This document shows, piece after piece, positions 1-8,369 of a DNA stretch of 11,080 bases (position 1 is the stretch's first letter; the number at the start of each line of letters is the position of its first letter). A program made the translations under genes and the position numbers. The DNA is from Octopus sinensis. Lineage: Eukaryota. The stretch lies in assembly GCF_006345805.1 (NCBI RefSeq), contig NW_021827220.1, forward strand, positions 1 through 11,080. Direction: 5' to 3'. The notes below the pieces were generated by a model, which worked only from the letters and a program-made list of their open reading frames with translations, searched no databases and was not told the DNA's origin.

Positions 1-366
1 GTGTGTATGTGTGTGAGGGAGAGAGAGAGAGATAATAGAGTGAGAGTCTATATGTATTTATATAAGTATGCGCTTAAAAGTTTTGATATGTGTATAGATG
101 AGAAAAAGTGTGATATATGCATGTATTTATGCTCGTGTGTGTAGGAATGTTTGTGTATGTACGTTATACACACAAACAAAACTTAAACATGTATATAGAA
201 ACATTCATCAGTAACTTATCCATATACTAAAATACATACGCCCATACGATACATACTTACATTGCTCTCGCTTCCACCTTCTCTCTCTGCATATTTTTTC
301 CGTGAATGTCTTAATAATTACATAATCCTGTTGTCATTATCACTATCCATCTTACGTATGATAGAT

Positions 367-368
<2 letters not shown>

Positions 369-401
<33 letters not shown>
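369..401. repeat. (TA)n microsatellite
   Basis: Uninterrupted AT dinucleotide run read directly from the sequence. Confidence 0.95.
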
Positions 402-407
<6 letters not shown>

Positions 408-950
408 TATGTATAAATGTATGTATTGACGTGTTTATGTATCCATTAGATATTTTTGTCGTTTTTTTTTTTCTTTATCAAATCAAGAATCCATCTTCGA
501 GAATATGGCGGCGCCGTCTAACAGATTTTATGCATTTGTTCCAATTATTGACGTTGCTGGAGTTAAATATATACATATGCGATGTTGCATAATTTTGAAA
601 AATGCGTATATAATGCTGCACTAAGGGGATGCATATATACATACATATATGATTGTAATTTTGCCCTTGTGTGTATCTGTGTGTGTGTGTGTGTTTGGGT
701 ATCGCTGCACTGAAGTGATGCATTATATATCTATATGTATAACACCACAAACATGTAACAATGAAGTTTATATATATAATATATATATTATATATAGATA
801 TATATATTATATATGTCTGTGTATGTGTGTGTGTGTAATGAACTTGCAGAACATGTGTGTTTGACGATGAAAATGAATTATATAAGCACAAACTTTGTTT
901 AGGTTTACATATACTCTATGGTTGGAATATATGCATGCATAAGTTGTATA

Positions 951-2289
951 ATGTGTGTATGAATGTATGTATGTATGTATGTATGTATTATGTATGTATG
1001 TATGTATGTATGAATGTGGTATGTATGCGGTATGCATGTATGTTATGTATTATGTATGTATGTATGTATGTATAGTGTGTATGTATGTATGTATGTATGT
1101 ATTATGTTCTGTATGTTGTTATGCCTGTATGTGGTGTAGTGGGTATGTATGTTATTATGTATGTATGAATGTGTGTTTGTATGTATGCTGTATGCATGTA
1201 TGTATGTATGTATGTCTTATTATGTATGTATGTATGTATGTATGTATGTATGTATGTGTGTATTATGATGTATGTAGTATGAATGTATGTGTGTATGTAT
1301 GCATGTATGCCTGTATGTATGTATGTGTGTATGTATGAATGTATGTATATATGTATGTATGTATTATGTATGAATGTATGTGTATGTATGTATGTTGTAT
1401 GTATGAATGTATGCATGTATGCATGTATGTATGTATGAATGTATGCCTGTATGTATGTATGTATGTATGTATGATTATGTATGCATTATGCATGTTATGT
1501 ATGTATGTATGCATGTATGCATGTATGTATGTAATGTATGTATGTATGTATTATGAATGGTGTATGTATGCATGTATGTATGTATGTATGTATGTATGTA
1601 TGCATGTATGCATGTATGTATGTATGTATGCATGTATGTATGTATGTTGCAATGCATGGTATGTATGTATGTATGTATGTATGTAGTGGTGTGTATGTAA
1701 TGAATGTATGTATTATGAATGTGTGTATGTATGCGTGTATGCATGTATGTATGTATGTATGGTATGTATGTATGTATGGTATGTATGCATGTATGCATGT
1801 ATGTATGTATGTATGTATGTATAGCATGTATGCATGTATGTATGTATGTATGTATGCATGTATTATGTATGTATGTATGTATGTAATGTATTATGAATGT
1901 ATGTGTGTATGTATGCATGTATGCATGTATGTATGTATGTATGTATGCATGTAATGTATGTATGTATTATGTTGTATGAATGTATGTGTGTATGTATGCA
2001 TGTATGCATGTATGTATGTATGTATGCATGTAATGTATATGTATGTATTGTATGTATGTATGTATGTATGTGTGTATGTATGCATGTATGCATGTATGTG
2101 TAGAATGTATGCTGTATGTATGTATGTATGTATGTATGTATGCATGTATGCATGTATGTATGCATGTATGCATGTATGCATGTATGTATGTATGTATGTA
2201 TGTATGTATGCATGTATGCATGTATTATGTATGTATGTTGTATGTATGTATGTATGTATGTATGTGTGTATGTATGTTGTATGTATGTA
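951..2289. repeat. Long degenerate (TATG)n/(CATA)n tetranucleotide array
   Basis: About 1.34 kb of TATG units interrupted by CATG, TATTATG, GAATG and GTGT variants. It explains all MYVC-/HTYI-repeat ORFs on both strands. Confidence 0.97.
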
Positions 2290-2304
2290 ATCCGTATATA
2301 GTCA

Positions 2305-2720
2305 TGAAGTTCGCTTCGTATCCGTGGGGTTACGGTTTTGTCATGCTGAGAGGCAACTTACGCAAGTGCCTTCTACGATTCTATGATAGGTTGTCTAATA
2401 TATATATATATATATATATATTTAATATATATATATGTAATGTTTGTATGAATGTATGTATTAATATATATAATATGTGTGTGTGTGTGTGTGTGTGTCT
2501 TTCTGGCTGTATGTTCTCCACCACCACCACAACATCAAGGCTTGACAACTAGTGTCCGTCTGTTTATGTCCCCGTAACTTAGCGATTCGGCAGAAAGGCC
2601 TATAGAATAGGTACTAAGCTTTAAAAAAATATACCCTGAGGTCGAATTGTTCGACAAAAACACTTCAAGGCTGTGCTCCAGCATGACCACAGTCAAATAA
2701 CTGAAACAAATAAAAGAATA
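2305..2720 (+). mobile_element. Diverged tRNA-derived SINE (octopus-type, family A) with internal TA/TG microsatellite
   Basis: The 5' part (GGCAACTTACGCAAGTGCCTTCTAC) resembles the copy at 5234-5483 (GGCAAGTTGGGCAAGTGTTTTTTAC). GTAACTTAGCGATTC at 2574-2588 is the exact reverse complement of 10902-10916. The tail GTGCTCCAGCATGACCACAGTCAAATAACTGAAACAAATAAAAG matches the reverse complement of about 10996-11039. The family call is from recalled octopus SINE sequence. Confidence 0.85.
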
Positions 2721-2739
2721 CTGTTTAATTAGTCAGACT

Positions 2740-2825
2740 GGTCTCTTCGTCTCGATTGTTGCTTTCGCTACGATTCAGCTATTGTACATTCCAGCCTTTT
2801 TCGGGTGTCTTGAGATGAATTCGGT
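2740..2825 (-). mobile_element. Decayed Penelope-type pseudo-LTR fragment with eroded hammerhead motif
   Basis: Minus strand reads CCGAAAA-A-GGCTG-GAATGTACAA-TAGCT-GAAT. Stem II still pairs (with G.U), but the CUGANGA and GAAA boxes are mutated. It resembles a recalled octopus repeat carrying CTGATGAAGGCTG...CAGCCGAAAC. Confidence 0.4.
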
Positions 2826-3293
2826 CGTTGTATCAGAATTTTGAATCTAACCCTTTATTTGATCCAAAGAGGTGAACTGTTCTCATTCTGCTCTCTGAGT
2901 TTCATAGCCTGTTTTGCTTCAGTTGATGTTTTGTGAATTCACCTTGGAATTCAACTCAGACCCTTGCTTGAGATTAAACACTGAACCTCCAGGTGACTGC
3001 ACTACATTAACCAACGTCTTTATCTACGACGCTATGCTACAAATTTTTACTGCATTAAATCATATAATATAGGCCCAGTGGCGCACATAGAAGCCGGGAT
3101 AATTTTCTTATTTTGAGGTTTTTGTGGGTGGAGAAATGTGTGTCTTATATTCTATCAAATGAATGATTATCTAGTTGTTCTAGGTTCGAGATCAGTTCTG
3201 TCTCTACTGGTGAGAAATTAGAAAAATAAGCCAAAATGCATTGCGTAGTATACACACACTACGTAATATTCCCCCAAGGAATTGCATGCAAGT

Positions 3294-3543
3294 GGGGACA
3301 CATGATTTAGTGGTTAGGGTATAGGACTCATAATCATAAGATTGTGGTTTCCTGGAACGGCGGTACCTTGCGTTCTTGAGCAAAACCCCTTCATTTTGCG
3401 CTGCTTCTGTCCACTCAGCTGACAAAAATAAGGTTTCTTACGATGGACTGGTATACTGCCAGTGGAGAGTATATACACGCCAGAGAATCCTGGAAACCGG
3501 CCCTATGAGTTTATATGACTCGGGATGGAGCTTTATACTTTAA
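3294..3543 (+). mobile_element. tRNA-derived SINE (family B), diverged
   Basis: Pol III A-box-like TGATTTAGTGG at 3303-3313 in a tRNA-like head with a damaged B box. It is followed by TTCTTGAGCAAAAC...GTCCACTCAGCTG (central-domain-like) and a GGAAACCGGCCCTATGAG...CTTTATACTTT tail, as recalled for cephalopod SINEs. Confidence 0.7.
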
Positions 3544-3548
3544 ATGTG

Positions 3549-4010
3549 TTACATGCACACATTGCATAATGCAGACATTACATAGTACAAGTTGCATGAC
3601 ATTTCACAAAAAGCATACTGCATAATACACACACAACACACATTGCATAAAACAGACATTACATAGTACAAGTTGCATGACATTTCACATAAAGCATACT
3701 GCATAATACACACATAACACACATTGCATAGTACATGCTGAAAAACGCGCATTGCATAATATACGTTGCATAACCCACATTACATATCATATTCGCATTA
3801 CCTAACATACACACAATGCCAACACACTTGTTTCATAACATGTACATATTGCGTGATTTGTACACAGGGCATAATATACATACATTGCATAACACACTTT
3901 GCATAACAGACATTGTACAACACACAGTGTGGATAACGTACATACGTTATATAACATGCACACATTGCATAATTTACACATTCTATGCATACAGTACACG
4001 ATATGAAGTC
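3549..4010. repeat. Degenerate ~20-bp minisatellite (ACACATTGCATAA core) containing an 81-bp higher-order tandem duplication
   Basis: CACACATTGCATA occurs at 3556, 3637 and 3718 (period 81). CAGACATTACATAGTACAAGTTGCATGACATTTCACA occurs at 3572 and 3653. TTGCATAA-like cores recur to about 3972. Confidence 0.9.
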
Positions 4011-4344
4011 ATACAAACTTTGAGTAGCGACTACATATTCATTGAATTTGTACTAAATACCATCTCTAAACTATCAGTCTTGTTAAATAATTAATTATTC
4101 TTCTAATTACATTTATTTAAGAAAGCTTTCATGCAGAAGTTTTAAAGATATTTGTCTGAAATCTGAATGAAGCCTGGGCTGGGCATAACAACATCAACAA
4201 CATCAGGGAAGAACGGAAAGAAAACATCGAAAATAGTAAACAGAATCGTATTAATTATAGTTATAGAAGAAAATTGAATTATGAAGTACATTTTTCTTGG
4301 AGATATGAACTTAATAATGACTTATGTAATTGCTATATAATGGA

Positions 4345-4371
4345 AATAACAACAACAACAGCAACAACAAC

Positions 4372-4410
<39 letters not shown>
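4345..4410. repeat. Compound (AAC)n(AAT)n microsatellite
   Basis: Direct reading; it produces the poly-Leu run of ORF 4311..4580(-). Confidence 0.95.
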
Positions 4411-4411
<1 letters not shown>

Positions 4412-4815
4412 TGATCGCTCTATTGACTTCTGAATAGACTAAAATTACACTTGGATGAAGTTCACCCACAGCTAAATTATTTTCAAGAAAACAATTACAG
4501 CTGCAAACTTGATTTGTTGAACGTAAAAGGAAAAGAAATGCGTTGATTGTAAATTTGTTTTCGGAAAGTAGAGATTGCACAAATAATTCTTAAATGAAGA
4601 TATTCTCAGAAGTTCACAATCAGCTATAACACGAAATGTAGCAACTGCAATGCTATACTGTCGTTATTAGGTAATCTCACGATAAGCTTGACCATTCACC
4701 TGTGTGTGTGCGTATATATATATATTTCACTTAGGTATTACGATATTAATAACCTGATGTAGAACTCAGTATACATATGGTTCAGAACGAAACGGTAGTT
4801 GGGTACAGACCGGTA

Positions 4816-4948
4816 ATAAGAAATTGAGATGACAAAGGAATAAGCGATTGTCTTCTGAACTCCATTAGCTTACAGCCGTTTCTGCTATAAGATGCAGTGG
4901 GCTCGTGTTTGAATGCCTGAGTATCACCTTGTCATCTCAATTTCTTAT
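4816..4948. mobile_element. Small inverted-repeat (MITE-like/foldback) element
   Basis: ATAAGAAATTGAGATGACAA (4816-4835) is the perfect reverse complement of TTGTCATCTCAATTTCTTAT (4929-4948), with a 93-nt spacer. TA dinucleotides at the outer ends are compatible with a TA target-site duplication. Confidence 0.6.
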
Positions 4949-4953
4949 ATATA

Positions 4954-5019
<66 letters not shown>
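4946..5019. repeat. (TA)n microsatellite
   Basis: Near-perfect TA run with one phase slip. Confidence 0.95.
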
Positions 5020-5023
<4 letters not shown>

Positions 5024-5137
5024 ATATTTCGGAATGGTCATTTTGCCAGTTTAGCCAATAAAAACACACGCACTATATATTTGGTGTTACTTTGCTTTAG
5101 TGTTATTTATTTTTTACATTAATCTTAATCTTATTTC

Positions 5138-5182
5138 GGCCAGAGTTCTTTCGTCACATTCCTGTGACCGCATCAGTGGTCC
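5138..5182 (-). ncRNA. Minimal type I hammerhead ribozyme-like motif, variant core
   Basis: Minus strand: GGACCA-CTGATGCG-GTCACA-GGAA-TGTGAC-GAAA-GAAC-TC-TGGCC. Stem I is GG(A)CCA/TGGCC, stem II is 6 bp with a GGAA loop, the GAAA box is intact and the cleavage triplet is CUC. A9 is replaced by C plus an extra G. Confidence 0.6.
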
Positions 5183-5233
5183 TTTGTTTTCTTCTTTCTT
5201 ATTTGTGTCTCTCCTTACTAACCGTCAGCCAAA

Positions 5234-5483
5234 GCGTAGGAGTGGCTGTGTGGTATGTAGCTTGCTTACGAACCACATGGTTCCCAGTACAGTCCCACTG
5301 CGTGGCAAGTTGGGCAAGTGTTTTTTACTATAGCTTCGGGCCGACCAAAGCCTTGTGACCTGATTTGGTAGACGGAAACTGAAAGAAACCTGTCGTATAT
5401 ATGTAAATATATATATATGTATGTGTGTGTATATGTTTGTGTGTCTGTGTTTGTCCACCACCACCGCCAACCTCGAACCGATG
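5234..5483 (+). mobile_element. tRNA-derived SINE (family A), 5' half with internal microsatellite, 3'-truncated
   Basis: A-box-like TGGCTGTGTGG and a damaged B-box region (GGTTCCCAGTACAGTCCC), then GGGCAAGTG...GGCCGACCAAAGCCTTGTG...GGTAGACGGAAACTGAAAGAA and a (TA/TG)n tract. TGTCTGTGTTTGTCC matches the reverse complement of 10973-10987. It closely resembles the abundant octopus tRNA-SINE as recalled. Confidence 0.9.
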
Positions 5484-5640
5484 AAAGGCACACTAGTTGA
5501 TTTCGATGGGGTTTGAACTTAGAAACATAAAGTACCAGTTACCAGTCAAGTGCTGCAGTCGATAGTCTTGGCTGACTTCACTTCTACCGTTCTTTCTTTC
5601 ACGCGTTGTACCTAAATCCGAAACTGTCGTTATTGTTATT
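5472..5640. mobile_element. SINE family C fragment with internally inverted B-box segment (copy 1)
   Basis: 5487-5528 is the reverse-complement homologue of 9316-9353, yet it is followed by AAGTACC in the + orientation as at 9373-9379. It shares four colinear blocks with 5761-5940. Confidence 0.6.
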
Positions 5641-5676
5641 GCTTTTGTTTCTATTGGCTGATTTAATATCATTATT

Positions 5677-5969
5677 GGCGAGCGAGCTGCTAGAAGTTTG
5701 GTGCGTCGAAAAAGAAATGCTTTGCGCTGGTATTTCTATTGGTTCTTCACTGTATTCGAGCTCAAAAGAATGAAAGCTCTCTAGACCTCACCGGGATTTG
5801 AACTAAGAACGTGAAGTTGTAGCAGCCAAGTGCTGGAGTCGATTGCATCGACTGCCACAACACACCACCGCCATCACCGCCTCCGCCTCTTATTTCAGAA
5901 TTTCTGTCCTTATGCCTAAATCCAAAACTGTTATTATTACTTTTTGTTGTTGTTGTTGTTGTCGTTGTT
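5677..5969 (+). mobile_element. SINE family C copy with internally inverted B-box segment (copy 2), ending in a (TTA/GTT)n tail
   Basis: Head GGCGAGCGAGCTGCTAGAA...GAAATGCTT...GGTATTTC, an inverted segment GACCTCACCGGGATTTGAACTAAGAACGT, and a 3' part GTGCTGGAGTCGATTGCATCGACT...CCTTATGCCTAAA followed by a simple-repeat tail. Confidence 0.65.
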
Positions 5970-7223
5970 CTAATTATATTCTTGACAAAGAACCATGCGT
6001 TTCGGTTTGATTCTTCAGTTCAGGTTTGATTTTTTTTTCACTTCTTAAATTGCCCAGGGAATTATTTTACTAGGTTTTTTTTTTCTTTTTTGGGTATGTG
6101 TTTTTGTTTATTTCTTTGTTGTGTTTGTTTTCCATCCTTCCGGTTTCAAATTAAAATGGATTAATCACAAACAAGAGTCCACTCAATGGAGTACAAAATT
6201 CCTCCCCCTTTTTTCCCATCAAAATAAGTCTTTGAAGAATGCATTAGATATGACGGGGAAGAATTGACGGTGGTGAGGAAGGGTCTACGCCGACCAACAA
6301 CAACAAAATCCTCCATTCTTCTACAGCTGATACAAGCATTATATTTGCTCTCAATGCTTCTTCTTCTTCTTCTTGTAGCTGATGTTGTCATTACTGTTGA
6401 TCTAGTTGTTGCTGGTGCTGGGGAAAAACACAGCAGTTCTGATTACTCAACAAAAATCCAATTCATGGACCTTATAGAATTTTCTTATTTTCAGCACGTA
6501 GTTTTCCTATTTTTGAGGAAATATTTAAATTTTATCATTGAACACCGTAAAAATAACAGCAAAAATTTTCAGCCATTTTGCTTGGAAACCAATCAAATCC
6601 TATATTGTTTAGATGATAAAATATAAATTGGCGTTTTTTTCAAGTTTTGCTTCTCTTTTTTTTTTAATTAATATGCATTTATTTTAAAATTATTATTGGT
6701 TAAATGGGACATGAAAATTTGCCGTTGGTAATTATCAGCAGGTCTTAGCAATTCTTTGTCGATATTTTTTTAAAACTTTACACATAAAAAGAATACATTG
6801 AAATCATTGGACAAACCTCACTTGTGTGTGTATAGTGTCTGCATATTATATATACATACATACATGCACGTACGCATATGCGCACAGACAAACACACACA
6901 TACACACGCACACACTCGTATATATGTAACGTGCATGGAAGTGTACCTGAGTGCATATATGTGTTAGTAACACTGTAACATTTTTCATTCCCAAACTGGC
7001 GTAGTACCTGCAAAAAATAACGGGGTTTATTTCTGTCATTTACCTTCATATGTGTGTGTGTGTGTGGTGTGTGTGTATGTTCATGTTTGTTTTTATGTTT
7101 AGTTATAATAACTATTTAACATTAATCTAACAGGTTACTCTATACTTTTGTAGAGTACAAATTTATTTTTCTAAAAGAAGAATTTTTTTAAAAGTGACTT
7201 CGAAGTTAAACCAATGTCCATTT

Positions 7224-7268
7224 GCAGTCTGACGATGGCTTAATTAGCCAGAATACGGTGTTTATTGC
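7224..7268 (+). ncRNA. Minimal type I hammerhead ribozyme-like motif, degenerate stem III
   Basis: GCAGT-CTGACGA-TGGCT-TAATT-AGCCA-GAA-TACGGTGTTT-ATTGC. The CUGANGA box is perfect, stem II has 5 bp and stem I has 5 bp (one G.U). GAAT replaces GAAA. Confidence 0.55.
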
Positions 7269-7488
7269 TGATATTTTTCAGTAATTTTGTCACATCTCTG
7301 TAGGGTCACAATGAAAACAACTACATGTATTGATTTTATTTCACTTTATTATAATTATTTATTATTTTTTTGTCATGACTTGGAGTAGAAGCAACATGTC
7401 ATTGACAAATACTTAATGGTGGCGGAAGCACTTTGACAAACGTAACTGATTGGTAGATTGATTGACCGAACAATTAATCAAACAATTG

Positions 7489-7526
7489 ATTAGTTAATTG
7501 GTTAAATGGCTAACCAATTGACTAAT
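7489..7526 (+). other. 16-bp hairpin / inverted repeat with 6-nt loop
   Basis: ATTAGTTAATTGGTTA-AATGGC-TAACCAATTGACTAAT gives 15 Watson-Crick pairs plus one U.G on the + strand. Confidence 0.8.
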
Positions 7527-8082
7527 AAAAAGGTAAAGAAATGAAATAGCACCAATGTGTACGCTTATTATTGGCACAATGACCCTCCGGAGATACAACA
7601 ACAACAACATATATTTCAGCACACGAACGAGTACACATTTAGTATCTCACAAACCAATTACAAAAACGAAACTTTCAGTGATTCTTAATGATTTTTATTT
7701 GAAGCCTATTTGCTCTATTTTCTTCTGGTATTTTGTATTGTCTTCCTTCAGTTATTATTATTCCTCTCACCTTTTTCCATTCACTGTACTTCATTATTTT
7801 CATTGACTCGGTCACATATTTCATTATTTCTTTTCGTAAGGTCAGTGGATTGGGAAATTCCTTAGTGTGTCGGGAAAAATATTTTGTGGTACTTATCCTT
7901 GCTCTTTACGTGCTGTATACATATCCTGTCAAAGTCATTTGTTGTCTTCTCGAATATTGGTACTCGGCACCGACTAACCTCTCTCCTCAGAATTATATAT
8001 ATATATCTCTCTCCCTCCCTCTCTCTCATTCTGTGATATATATGTAACGGGCAAAGTTTACCTATTTCTCCGCAGACAGAAA

Positions 8083-8152
8083 AAAATGATGAACAACCTT
8101 AATCGATTTTCGAACCTTATTGGGTTCTCATCAGAAGCGTCCACATCATTCT
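8083..8152 (-). ncRNA. Type I hammerhead ribozyme with canonical core and palindromic minimal stem III (Penelope/retrozyme type)
   Basis: Minus strand: AGAATGATGTGGACGCTT-CTGATGA-GAACC-CAATAA-GGTTC-GAA-AATCGATT-A^AGGTTGTTCATCATTTT. All core nucleotides are present, G10.1-C11.1 closes stem II, stem III is the palindrome AATCGATT, and the triplet is UUA. Distal stem I is AATGATG/CATCATT. Confidence 0.8.
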
Positions 8153-8369
8153 GACAGTCTCCAGAAAAACAAGCAGCCTAACTGCTTATATACTTAACAA
8201 ATGCAGCAGTTACTCTATGAAGGAGTCCCTAATTTGCACACCGAAAGTGTTTAACACTCTATAAATACCAGCGGCCTGTTAACGGGGATCTCAGTCCACA
8301 CAGTAACAAAGTATGATGTAATAAATATGCAACATGTACGTTTACATATGCGTTATGTGTATATATAAA

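Noticed and set aside
205-211. Minus-strand CTGATGA box
   Set aside because: No stem II or downstream GAAA box.
807-2552. Many ORFs with MYVC/HTYI repeats
   Set aside because: These are translations of the (TATG)n array, which lacks stops in most frames on both strands; no coding signal.
3294-3370. tRNA gene (also considered for 5234-5310 and 9240-9340)
   Set aside because: A/B-box remnants continue into SINE bodies and no complete cloverleaf can be drawn.
3549-4094. Cys-rich ORFs resembling metallothionein or zinc-finger peptides
   Set aside because: Cys/His richness comes from the TG/CA-rich minisatellite and appears in several frames.
5988-6025. Minus-strand CTGAAGA...GAAAC hammerhead-like boxes
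   Set aside because: The 8 nt between the boxes (ATCAAACC) cannot form stem II, and the UH site and stem I do not fit.
6264-6626. 120-aa ORF with a signal-peptide or transmembrane-like segment
   Set aside because: Starts at TTG, has an in-frame stop just upstream, owes its poly-Leu to (CTT)n, has an AT-rich low-complexity tail and no recognisable domain.
6945-7045. Minus-strand splice acceptor TTTTTTGCAG|G with a possible short exon
   Set aside because: The downstream donor is weak, the sequence runs into microsatellite, and no partner exon or recognisable peptide was found.
7930-7990. Minus-strand CTGAGGA box
   Set aside because: No convincing stem II and GAAA at a suitable distance.
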